A DNA stretch of 64,000 nt from a candidate division WS6 bacterium GW2011_GWF2_39_15 (GTDB lineage: Bacteria; Patescibacteriota; Dojkabacteria; SC72): the NCBI GenBank assembly GCA_000993565.1, contig LBWK01000001.1, forward strand, positions 300,208-364,207, written 5' to 3'. Positions 38,645 to 47,765 of this stretch are shown here, one piece after another; position 1 is the stretch's first letter; every line of letters begins with the position of its first letter. The notes under the pieces are model-generated. The model worked only from the letters and a program-made list of their open reading frames with translations, had not been told where the DNA came from and searched no databases. The translations under genes and the position numbers were made by a program.

Positions 38645-39082
38645 GGGAGTAGGGGGGTGAAATTTTAGTATTTAGGATAGTAGGGATATAGGAGGTATTA
38701 ATAACATAATTTACTATCTTTCTATCCAGATCTTCATACATAATAAATAATAGCATCTATTGTGAATATATAAAAATAGCTTAAATAGAGCACTTCTCTG
38801 TTCTCCTCTATGCTCTACCGCATATAAGAGCGATTATACTCGGTAGTATATTACCTGATATATACTACTCTGTAAAGGGAAGACCCATCATATTAAAGGT
38901 GTGCACACATTCATATAAATAAATATTAAGACCCTTTATTAATAAGTACTAATAATAAAGATTATTCATTGATAGAAGGAGGTACTACACTGTAAAGATA
39001 TCCACAGATTTACTATAAGATATTAATCACTATGGGATAGCTAGCACTCCCCCTCCCCTTTGCTTATCGTAACATGGAAAAA

Positions 39083-39898
39083 TTAAGAATAATAAATTCC
39101 CAAAATAAACGTAAGGACTAATAGAAACACGTATTGGATCAGATCAAAGTTCCTAACCATATTACGCTGTTTCTTGGTTATGTACTCTAGAGAGATGAAC
39201 CCCCCTACTGTTGGCCCCAAAGCTATAACCTCGTGCCTTTGTGAAACAATCGCCAGTGCTATCACAGAGGTAGAAAGGAAAAGTAACGTTAGAGCGGTAT
39301 ATCCCCCTATCCTCTCCCAGCTTATGTCCATATGCCTTAAGTGGAAAAAGATAAGACCCGTGTAAGTAAGCAACAGAATAGCCATGGTAATAAAGATATT
39401 AAAATTGGCATCCATTATCCCAACAGTTATAAAGAAGGTGCATATAAGAGTTCCAATAAATGAAACCGTTCTTGCCGCCTGAACGAGGGGAATTTCTTTC
39501 TTGATTGTTGAAACGTTAAATATATTAGCCATCAAAAATGACATATATATACCGCCAAACAGAATTGCCAAGATACCAATGAGAATAAGAACTTCATAAA
39601 CCCTACCCACCCTTCTGAAGAAGAAGAGCTCAAGAAAGATCATTTCTGCAAAAATAAAAAGACTCGTCTGCGGAACAATGTATAGAAGAGTGTGTAGCGT
39701 AACCTGGAACCTAAGTGCCCATATTAATCCAATATATGAAAAGATAAAGTACCCTACTCCTCTCAAAATAATCGTGACAGGATTAACAATAACAGATTGC
39801 TGTGTGATTTTAAAAAATAATATGGAGAGTGAGATAACTAATGCAAGAGTCAAGATTCTACCTTTTTTTACATTGTCTATGTTTCCCTGTATTTCCAT
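39083..39898 (-). CDS. polytopic membrane protein, function unknown
   Basis: 271 aa with about 8 TM helices. Confidence 0.45.
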   Translation of the reverse strand: MEIQGNIDNVKKGRILTLALVISLSILFFKITQQSVIVNPVTIILRGVGYFIFSYIGLIWALRFQVTLHTLLYIVPQTSLFIFAEMIFLELFFFRRVGRVYEVLILIGILAILFGGIYMSFLMANIFNVSTIKKEIPLVQAARTVSFIGTLICTFFITVGIMDANFNIFITMAILLLTYTGLIFFHLRHMDISWERIGGYTALTLLFLSTSVIALAIVSQRHEVIALGPTVGGFISLEYITKKQRNMVRNFDLIQYVFLLVLTFILGIYYS

Positions 39899-39901
39899 GT
39901 T

Positions 39902-40960
39902 TTATATTATAGACGTTAATCCTAGAATCTCAATTGCATGACGCATACCCTTCTCAGTCAATACCCGCCCGCGCGATGTTCTTTGTAACAACCCGCATTT
40001 CATTAAAAACGGCTCGTAAACAGACTCAACAGTATTAAGATCTTCAGATACAGCCGCTGCTAATGTGGAAAGTCCGACTGGACCACCGCCATAGTTATTA
40101 TAAATGGATGCAAGTATCTTTCTATCTATTTCTTCCAGACCCAGATCATCTATACCAAGCAATTCTAGGCCTCTTATAGCCGTTTCTCTGTCAATGAAAG
40201 ACTTAAGTATTTCAGATTCGGCAAAATCCCGAACTCTTTTCAACAGCCTCAAGGCAACTCTCGCTGTACCTCTAGACCTTTTTGCCACCTCTGTTAATGC
40301 ATCACTGTCATATGCAATATCCCAAAGCACTGCAGCACGTTTAAGAATTAGGACCAGGTCTTCTTCACCGAAGTAATCAAGTCTTTGAATCAATCCGAAC
40401 CTGTCTCTCATGGGTGAACTGATCTTTCCAATCTGTGTTGTCGCTCCAATTAGTGTAAAGGGCTCCAGTGTTAAGCGGATTGTTTTAGCCGATGGGCCCT
40501 TACCCATCACAATATCAATAGCCCTGTCTTCCATGGCGGGATAAAGAATCTCTTCAACAACCCTTGGTATTCGATGTATCTCATCTATAAACAAGATATC
40601 GTTGGCTTTAAGATTTGTAAGTATAGCAGCCAAATCCCCCTGCCTTTCAATAGCCGGACCAGAGGTTATTCTCAAAGAGGAGTTGATCTCATTAGCAAGG
40701 GCAATAGCAAAAGTCGTCTTGCCAAGCCCCGGAGGTCCGTAAAAAAGGATATGATCAAGGACCTCTCCCCTCCTCTTGGTTGAACTTATCATCATTCTAA
40801 GTTTCTTCTTCTCAGAATCTCTTCCAACAATTTCATCAATTGTTGACGGTCTGATTGACTGCTCTATTACAGTGGCGACACCACTTGATTCTATTGGTTT
40901 GACCCTCTTCTTTTTACTTATCCCGCTCTTCACCGAAGAGATATGGCTTGATTCTATCAC
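39902..40960 (-). CDS. ruvB: Holliday junction branch-migration ATPase RuvB
   Basis: Walker A GPPGLGKTT, Walker B LFIDEIHR and sensor region LIGATT. Confidence 0.95.
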   Translation of the reverse strand: MIESSHISSVKSGISKKKRVKPIESSGVATVIEQSIRPSTIDEIVGRDSEKKKLRMMISSTKRRGEVLDHILFYGPPGLGKTTFAIALANEINSSLRITSGPAIERQGDLAAILTNLKANDILFIDEIHRIPRVVEEILYPAMEDRAIDIVMGKGPSAKTIRLTLEPFTLIGATTQIGKISSPMRDRFGLIQRLDYFGEEDLVLILKRAAVLWDIAYDSDALTEVAKRSRGTARVALRLLKRVRDFAESEILKSFIDRETAIRGLELLGIDDLGLEEIDRKILASIYNNYGGGPVGLSTLAAAVSEDLNTVESVYEPFLMKCGLLQRTSRGRVLTEKGMRHAIEILGLTSII

Positions 40961-41556
40961 TCAGACTTTAATACCAATTTAAGAACTTCCTCAATTGAAT
41001 ACTCTTTTCCTTCCATAAGTTTCTGAGCACTTCGCAAGTATTCCTTTAATGGCTCCCCGCTAAAACCTAAGGATCGAAGAGCATTATTCAAATCATGCAT
41101 CACTTCATCTTTCTGTCCTGAAGTGACTTCACCTGCGATTATTCCCATATCGTCAATCTTATTTTTAAGCTCTATTACAATCTTCTGAGCACTTTTCTGA
41201 CCAAGGCCAGGGACTTTGCTCAGTGTTTTGAAATCTTCAGAAAGCAAAACCATATATAGCTGGGAAGGGGTGAACACGGACAGAATTGATATTCCGCTCT
41301 TCGGCCCGATACCGGAAACTGAGATTAACATCTCAAAAAGATCTCTTTCTTCTAACGTTTTGAAACCATAAAGGGTTTGACTGTCTTCACGCACCACCAT
41401 CAGAGTGTGAAATATTGCCTCTTGACCTACAACAAACCGAAGAAGCTTGGAAGTAACAACCCTGTAACCTATTCCATTACCCAAAAGTACATCCACTTCT
41501 TGATATCTATCTTCTGATTTAATGTGCAGAATCTTGCCTTGTAAATACGAAATCAT
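40957..41556 (-). CDS. ruvA: Holliday junction DNA helicase subunit RuvA
   Basis: MISYLQGKI, LYGF, LISVSGIGPK and VPGLGQKSAQKIV (HhH motifs). Overlaps ruvB by 4 nt. Confidence 0.9.
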   Translation of the reverse strand: MISYLQGKILHIKSEDRYQEVDVLLGNGIGYRVVTSKLLRFVVGQEAIFHTLMVVREDSQTLYGFKTLEERDLFEMLISVSGIGPKSGISILSVFTPSQLYMVLLSEDFKTLSKVPGLGQKSAQKIVIELKNKIDDMGIIAGEVTSGQKDEVMHDLNNALRSLGFSGEPLKEYLRSAQKLMEGKEYSIEEVLKLVLKSE

Positions 41557-41573
41557 ATAGTTAAGTATAAAGG

Positions 41574-42062
41574 TTATTTCCCTAATATTCTATCCATTTT
41601 CGCGGAATAATGACAGCATACTGCAGCGGCGATTGCATCTGCTGCATCATCTGGTTTAGGTATGGTTTCGAGGTTTAGCAGCAGTTTAACATTTTCCTGA
41701 ACCTGCCTTTTATCCGCCCTACCGTTTCCCGTTATAGCACGCTTAATTTGGGGGGGTGTATATTGATGTATAGGTAACCCATTCTGCTCAAGGACAAGCA
41801 TACATACCCCTCTCGCCTCACCTACTGCCATAGCGGTTTTTACGTTATTACTGAACAAAAGGATTTCTACAGATGCTAATTCAGGTTTAAACTTTTTGAT
41901 AATATTATGAAGGTCTTCATATATCTCCCCTAACCTCATGCTATTGCGCAAGCCTGCTTTGGTTGATATAACGCCGTAATCGATAGCTTTAAGGTCAGTA
42001 TCTGCATCAATAATAGCCCATCCGGTTGTAGCAAGTCCGGGATCAATACCTAAAATAAGCAT
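41574..42062 (-). CDS. ruvC: crossover junction endodeoxyribonuclease RuvC
   Basis: MLILGIDPGLATTGWAII, AVGEARGV and DAADAIAAAVC. Confidence 0.9.
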   Translation of the reverse strand: MLILGIDPGLATTGWAIIDADTDLKAIDYGVISTKAGLRNSMRLGEIYEDLHNIIKKFKPELASVEILLFSNNVKTAMAVGEARGVCMLVLEQNGLPIHQYTPPQIKRAITGNGRADKRQVQENVKLLLNLETIPKPDDAADAIAAAVCCHYSAKMDRILGK

Positions 42063-42090
42063 ATAAATGAATAAAAGATTAGATCACCCT

Positions 42091-42864
42091 TTACTCCTGA
42101 TCTAGGTCTGTCCAAATTTCTTGAACATCGTCATAATCCTCAAGAGTTTCAATAGCTCCATTTAACTTTTCCAACTCGGCTTCCCCTATCTTCTTGGTCA
42201 TCTTAGGAACTTTAACTAGCTGAGCTTTGAGTACAACGTATCCCATTTTAAGAATTGCATCTCTAACTTTAGCAAGATTCTTGAACTCACAGTATATATC
42301 AAGAGTACGATCTTCGCTTATATCAATATCCTCAATGCCCTCAACATCCATAAACAGCATCATTACCTCTTCAATATTCTCTTCTACGAAATAATCGGGC
42401 TCTCCGAACTTTTCTGATTTAACCATCTTTCCAGGTTTTACGTTTATATACCCTTTAGTATCAAAGTTCCAAGAGACTGAACCGGCTTCTCCGAGATTTC
42501 CTCCGAAGTCCTCAAACATATTTCTCAGTTCTGATACAACTCTATTGGTATTATCAGTAAGAACATCAACAATAATGGCAATTCCTCCCGGGCCGAAACC
42601 CTCGTAGGAGGCCTCTGTGAGCTGGACACCGTCACTGCTGCCAGCACCTTTATCTATTGCTTTTTGTATATTATCCGTTGGGAAACCTTCTTCTTTAGCC
42701 TGTGCCACAAGAAGACGTAAAGAGGGATTCATATTAATATCTCCCCCGCCCTGCCTTGCGGCATGAGTTATAAGCTGAGACAGTTTAGAGAATACTTTCC
42801 CTTTCTTAGCATCGTTTATTGCCTTCTTGTGTTTAATTGTAGACCATTTACTGTGACCTGACAT
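42091..42864 (-). CDS. YebC/PmpR-family DNA-binding transcriptional regulator
   Basis: MSGHSKWSTIKHKKA start (ATG at 42862-42864, internal to the track ORF) and EGFGPGGIAIIV. Confidence 0.9.
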   Translation of the reverse strand: MSGHSKWSTIKHKKAINDAKKGKVFSKLSQLITHAARQGGGDINMNPSLRLLVAQAKEEGFPTDNIQKAIDKGAGSSDGVQLTEASYEGFGPGGIAIIVDVLTDNTNRVVSELRNMFEDFGGNLGEAGSVSWNFDTKGYINVKPGKMVKSEKFGEPDYFVEENIEEVMMLFMDVEGIEDIDISEDRTLDIYCEFKNLAKVRDAILKMGYVVLKAQLVKVPKMTKKIGEAELEKLNGAIETLEDYDDVQEIWTDLDQE

Positions 42865-43058
42865 CAATAGTATTGTAACACAAGAACATAAAAACTGATA
42901 AGCCTTAGAATACAAACCTCTTATAGTTACCTACGCAGGTCTAATATTTAAATAAAATTTCCAAATGGTTACAAATAGCTCAAACTTATATTTTTCCTAT
43001 CTTCTTTCTCTGCTGTTTTCCTCTAAAATATAGATATCTAACTTAATCGCCAACAATA

Positions 43059-43577
43059 ATGAAAAGGAAGAAAGAGACTACACTTGAGACTCTTGATAGG
43101 AAACTGGACGAGATCTCGGAGAGATTAAAAGACCATGACAGCAGGTTTATATCTATAGACAAAAGGTTTGATAGTGTAGACAATCAATTCATCAGCATAG
43201 CTAAAAAATTTGATAGTATCGACAATCAATTTATCAGCATAGATAAAAGGCTTGACAGTTTCGATAAACAATTCGCTAACATAGACAAAAGGTTTAATAT
43301 AGTGAATAAAAGATTTGATTTAGTAAACGGAAAACTTATAAAAATAGCTCGGGAGCAAACCTCAAACTCCATGTCTCTGTTCTCATTGGGCGACAAGATT
43401 AATAATCTTGAAAGTCTTTACGAAACAGTTAATGATAAACTTGATACATCAATGATTATCTCAAATAAGCTTTTCGCTGAATATTCACAGAAGATTGAAG
43501 TACTGGATTATAAAGTCAATGAAATAAGTCTAAAACTTGCTGACAAGGAGACTAATCAAAAGTACAAGAAAAAATAG
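43059..43577 (+). CDS. coiled-coil protein built from a Phe/Ile-core heptad array
   Basis: Ten consecutive heptads: RFISIDK RFDSVDN QFISIAK KFDSIDN QFISIDK RLDSFDK QFANIDK RFNIVNK RFDLVNG KLIKIAR. Three looser heptads precede them. Confidence 0.5.
   Translation: MKRKKETTLETLDRKLDEISERLKDHDSRFISIDKRFDSVDNQFISIAKKFDSIDNQFISIDKRLDSFDKQFANIDKRFNIVNKRFDLVNGKLIKIAREQTSNSMSLFSLGDKINNLESLYETVNDKLDTSMIISNKLFAEYSQKIEVLDYKVNEISLKLADKETNQKYKKK
43143..43352 (+). repeat. coding tandem repeat with 21/42-bp periodicity
   Basis: TTTGATAGTGTAGACAATCAATTCATCAGCATAGCTAAAAAA / TTTGATAGTATCGACAATCAATTTATCAGCATAGATAAAAGG, plus two more diverged units. Confidence 0.75.
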
Positions 43578-43581
43578 ACCT

Positions 43582-46104
43582 CTACTCTTGATCCATATTA
43601 TTCTGAGCCGGAATCACTACAGGTGAACCTATTTCCCCTGCTTTTACAACACTTGGCATCTCCACGTTTGAAGATACTGTCTCTGTTCTTTTTCCATTAT
43701 TTACATTCATTAATGCCCTATTCCCTTTATCACTATACTTCTGTTCACTCCATCTTCTAATCTTGTCTTCTATAACTTCCTGGTCTGCACTATACCTCTC
43801 TCTAGAGTTTTGTATAATCTTCTCTTTATTCCCAAATTTCTCATATCTAAGATCTAGAGATTTGGCGCTGAAAGGTTTTGAAGTCATCCCATCAATACAA
43901 AGCTTCACATAAAGAGAGTGGGATTCAAGAGAGACAAGGTCCTCTGCAGAAAATATTGGAGCAAACTCATTAGAGAGAATCGATGCATCTCCCTGGCTAA
44001 CTACAAATGAAGCCAGTGTTCCCACATTACCAAAAATAGCCTGCCTTACAGTTAAAGGTATCTGATCTATATACTGGTTGGTCATGGTGAGATTAAGTTT
44101 GAACTTTCTGGCTTCTGAAAGAATTTTTGCAAAAGAATCTGTTGCAAAGTTCTGAAACTCATCAACATAGAGATAGAAGTCTCTTCTTTGTGCCATAGGG
44201 ATATCAACTCTCTCCATTGCCGTAGATTGGAGCCTTGTAATTAACATCCCGCCAAGCAGAGCCGAACTTTCCTCTCCGATCTTGCCTTGAGCCAAGTTAA
44301 CTAACAATATTTTGCCCTCATCCATAACATTTCTCAAATTAAAGGAGGACTTCACCTGCCCGACTATATTTCTAATTACAGCAGAAGATATAAACCGGCC
44401 AACCTTGTTCTGAATAGGTGCAACTGCCTCCGAAACCAGCTTAGAGTTCTGCGACATCTGTGCAAACTCCTCCTCCCAGAACTTATATAAGATGGGATCT
44501 TTCACCTGTTTAAGAATAAACTTGCGGTAGTTTCGATCATTAAGAAGCCGCATAACCGAGAGAATTGTTGTTCCCTGAGCTTCAAGAGCAGTTGAAATGG
44601 TGTTAGTAAGGATGTATTGAAGACGTGGCCCCCAAGACTCAAACTGCTTTTTGAAAACTTCCACAACACCATCCGCAACCAGATCCCGCTGTGACGAGTC
44701 ATTCATCTCCAAAAGGTTGAAAGCAATTGGGTGCTTCACGTCTGCAGGGTCAAAATATATGACATCGTTCACTCTTTCAGGGGGAATGAAATCGAGAAGC
44801 TCATCAACCGTCTCACCGTGAGGGTCTATAAAACACGCTCCGTTACCGGCAATCACATCTGAAATGAACATATTCTTGAATACCGTTGATTTACCTACCC
44901 CCGTTTTACCCAATAAATAGACGTGGCGTCTTCTATCGTCCTTCTTAACTCCAAAGGATATTTTCTGCCCCCGATAGTCAGTCTCAGCAAAGGCATTAAC
45001 GTCAGGCTCCCCGGCAAGAGGCAGATCCATTGGAGGTTCAGCTTTCCTTGCCCTGCTCCACAAAATATTCGGCGTCTCCACAGAAATATTTGGCAGATGA
45101 AAAACAGAGGCAAGTTCTTCAATATTCAGAATATCTTCAGGTGTAGAAACCAATTTTCTCTTCAGGAAATCGCCGTATATTGATTGGGCACTCTGGTTAG
45201 GTGCCGAATGGACAAAGCTATTCAGGTGAGCAGTTGTAAACTGCTTGAAACTAGCAACAAGATCTCTAAGTATCTGCTCAGATCTTGGCTGATCGGGAGA
45301 TTTTGTAACAACCCTAATACTCACTTCAAACCCAAGTTTAAGCATTTTGGTTTCAATCTGAGTGAGCTCTTCCTGCTGGCCTGGCGCCAGCTTTACAACC
45401 TCTTTACCTCCACCTTTCTCTGTAGATGTCTGAAGGGATTTCGAGATATCCTTAACCATCTTCATAAGGAGTTCCCCAATACTGTTAATAGAGCTCTTCC
45501 CCTCCTTAATCTCCGTAATATATTTCTTTGAAGCCTCCTGCCAATAATTAGCTATTGGTCTCATGTTGAACTGCACCCAAGCTTCCTCTCCAAGCTTTAG
45601 GCCTGAAATGGCACTTGTAATAGCGGCCAGAGGATCAACTTCAAAGTTCCGAAATGTTTTAATCGGGAATATATAACTCTTATCAAGTTCTACAATTCCG
45701 GTACTCACAAAAACCTGTGATTCTCCACGAGTCGCAGTGTAGTCCTGAACATGCTTAATTTCAGCATTTGGATACTGTGCATAGATCTGTCCCTGAACAA
45801 ACTCGGCAAGATGCGCAGGGATAACGGCATAGAAACGTATCCCATTTTCACCTGAAGACACTATTTCAAACGAAATTAGATCCAACGACTTCTTGGAATC
45901 TCTTAGAATTCCATGCAATGATGCAAACATCTGTTCCGCTGCTAGAGGCGTTTTATCATTCTCTCTAGGCACAAGAATTTGTAAAACCTGAGGATTTCTC
46001 ACCTCTTCAAACACAACAACACTCTTAGGCTTCTGTGCAAAGGTGAAAACAAACAGCACAAAAAATACTGATAGAATGAGTAATATTAGTATTGTCCCTG
46101 TCAT
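43582..46104 (-). CDS. membrane-anchored P-loop ATPase of the VirD4/TraG/TraD (type IV coupling protein, FtsK-HerA superfamily) type
   Basis: N-terminal TM helix, Walker A LLGKTGVGKST, DPHGE, Walker B FYLYVDEFQNF and ARKFKLNLTMTNQY. Confidence 0.6.
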   Translation of the reverse strand: MTGTILILLILSVFFVLFVFTFAQKPKSVVVFEEVRNPQVLQILVPRENDKTPLAAEQMFASLHGILRDSKKSLDLISFEIVSSGENGIRFYAVIPAHLAEFVQGQIYAQYPNAEIKHVQDYTATRGESQVFVSTGIVELDKSYIFPIKTFRNFEVDPLAAITSAISGLKLGEEAWVQFNMRPIANYWQEASKKYITEIKEGKSSINSIGELLMKMVKDISKSLQTSTEKGGGKEVVKLAPGQQEELTQIETKMLKLGFEVSIRVVTKSPDQPRSEQILRDLVASFKQFTTAHLNSFVHSAPNQSAQSIYGDFLKRKLVSTPEDILNIEELASVFHLPNISVETPNILWSRARKAEPPMDLPLAGEPDVNAFAETDYRGQKISFGVKKDDRRRHVYLLGKTGVGKSTVFKNMFISDVIAGNGACFIDPHGETVDELLDFIPPERVNDVIYFDPADVKHPIAFNLLEMNDSSQRDLVADGVVEVFKKQFESWGPRLQYILTNTISTALEAQGTTILSVMRLLNDRNYRKFILKQVKDPILYKFWEEEFAQMSQNSKLVSEAVAPIQNKVGRFISSAVIRNIVGQVKSSFNLRNVMDEGKILLVNLAQGKIGEESSALLGGMLITRLQSTAMERVDIPMAQRRDFYLYVDEFQNFATDSFAKILSEARKFKLNLTMTNQYIDQIPLTVRQAIFGNVGTLASFVVSQGDASILSNEFAPIFSAEDLVSLESHSLYVKLCIDGMTSKPFSAKSLDLRYEKFGNKEKIIQNSRERYSADQEVIEDKIRRWSEQKYSDKGNRALMNVNNGKRTETVSSNVEMPSVVKAGEIGSPVVIPAQNNMDQE

Positions 46105-46142
46105 AGTATTACGATTTTAAACAAAAGAGCTCTCGAGAACAA

Positions 46143-47357
46143 TCATCTCCATCTAAGCTCACTTTCTTTATCTTCACCAAGTATAACAATTATATCACCA
46201 GTTGTAATGAAATCAGGTCTTCCATTAATTATTTCACACTTTCCACAGACCAGGTCTTCCACACTATTAAAAGAGTTTAAAAACTTCTTTTTATCCGAAA
46301 TATATATGGTAGTTTTAGGGAGATTATTCGGTGCATTATCATACCTGACTACTTTCACTCCATAGTTTTGCACCTTTCGTGCATATCTTCCCGCAAGTCC
46401 TGAAACCCCGCTACCATTGTAAACCTCTACTCTTGCCTGCTCTTTCTCTACCAGTCTCGTCCTTATAATGTTAAAGTTCTCTTCAATTTTCCGATCGAAT
46501 TCAGGATAGTTAATAACACTAATGTTTCTACCGTTACTGTCTATGCGTGAGACATACGCCCATTTTTGACTCAAATCTATCATTTTAATCCCACCTGCAT
46601 CAAGCTGCGAGTATCCTCTGTGCAATAGCTTTATAAGGGCTATAGATGTGAGATTGGAATCGACACCGGAAATAAACTTATTCCATACCTCAGATTTAAC
46701 AGCAAGAGTAACTAAGTTGAACCTGCTGTAAAAAGAGTTAATTCCCATACTAGCAGCTGATACATCACGAGATGGATTAAACTTCTCTTTAAAATCATAT
46801 TCACTATACTCGCTAATATCTCCAAACATAGTTGCATACAAACTTAGAGACTTTTCATCCAGCCATATATAGTTCTCAACCGTAAAGCCAGTCATATTTT
46901 CAATCTGCCACACTACATACTCAACAGTACGATTAGGGTTGACCAATTTTGCTGCGTATTCCAAATCCGCAACCTGAATGTGGGCGTTGAAAAGCTGGTT
47001 AGGATCCTCAACATAAACCCCGGGAGGTATATAAATTACTAATGTAGAACCGGTGTTTTCGTTATTAACGATTAACCAACCTCCTGCAAGTCTATTATCA
47101 ACAGGAGACTTAAAGATCACCAATGTAGATGATAAGTCTTTCCGCTCTTTAATGAGATTCAGACGCGATTTGCAGACACTACAGTGAGAATCAGCCGTAA
47201 GAAGATTATTAGCTACCGTAAACGAGCTGTAGACCCCCAGAGTGAGTACTAAGATAATAAGTACCCATCTAATCCATCTAAGTGGGCTTATCTTCCTTTC
47301 ATTTTTTCTAGATTTTAAAAATCCGGAGTTTTGTCTACCACGCTCTATTCTCTTCAT
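46143..47357 (-). CDS. membrane-anchored LytR/CpsA/Psr-like protein with a LytR_C-type C-terminal domain
   Basis: Start placed at MKRIERGRQ (ATG 47355-47357), with a TM helix. The C-terminal VEVYNGSGVSGLAGRYARKVQNYGVKV...KTTIYI is the LytR_C pattern. The LCP core is only weakly recognisable. Confidence 0.5.
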   Translation of the reverse strand: MKRIERGRQNSGFLKSRKNERKISPLRWIRWVLIILVLTLGVYSSFTVANNLLTADSHCSVCKSRLNLIKERKDLSSTLVIFKSPVDNRLAGGWLIVNNENTGSTLVIYIPPGVYVEDPNQLFNAHIQVADLEYAAKLVNPNRTVEYVVWQIENMTGFTVENYIWLDEKSLSLYATMFGDISEYSEYDFKEKFNPSRDVSAASMGINSFYSRFNLVTLAVKSEVWNKFISGVDSNLTSIALIKLLHRGYSQLDAGGIKMIDLSQKWAYVSRIDSNGRNISVINYPEFDRKIEENFNIIRTRLVEKEQARVEVYNGSGVSGLAGRYARKVQNYGVKVVRYDNAPNNLPKTTIYISDKKKFLNSFNSVEDLVCGKCEIINGRPDFITTGDIIVILGEDKESELRWR

Positions 47358-47765
47358 ATGATACCTCCATCTTACTACAAACAAGGATAACTCAGTAGTC
47401 CCAATATCCTATCTTTTTGTCGGCCAAAGCACATCCCATAATATACAAGTTACCTGAATTAACACCAATTAACTTCCTACTAAGCCAAAGCCTCCCTCCA
47501 CTCCCCTGTTACACATAGGATACGCAAAAGCGACATAAGCGTGGATATATTCAGCAACCTCGGAATATCTTATCCATTTAAATCTGGGGATGGGTAGCTA
47601 CACTGAAACTCACCAAACGTTAACAATGCTAACGTTCAATTAATTTGTACACCACAACTAACCTTACTACTAAGGTTTCCTCCTATTTGGAATAGTACCC
47701 TGAAAATTAAAGCGATGTGAAAAACTATTTGTATAAAGGAGAAATATAATATCCGATAAATATAA

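Noticed and set aside
29376-39018. The shared 8-mer TTTACTAT at 29370, 38710 and 39009 as possible element boundaries
   Set aside because: It is an AT-rich octamer expected by chance in AT-rich intergenic DNA. The flanking similarity is weak and inconsistent.
43143-43352. Regularly spaced 42-bp repeats that might suggest a CRISPR array
   Set aside because: The repeats are contiguous with no spacers, lie inside an ORF, and translate to a perfect heptad coiled coil. No cas genes are nearby.
37334-47384. A prophage or conjugative element implied by the tyrosine recombinase plus the VirD4-like ATPase
   Set aside because: The genes between them are core housekeeping (ruvABC, yebC). No phage structural genes, relaxase or VirB-type genes are visible, and no flanking direct repeats were found.
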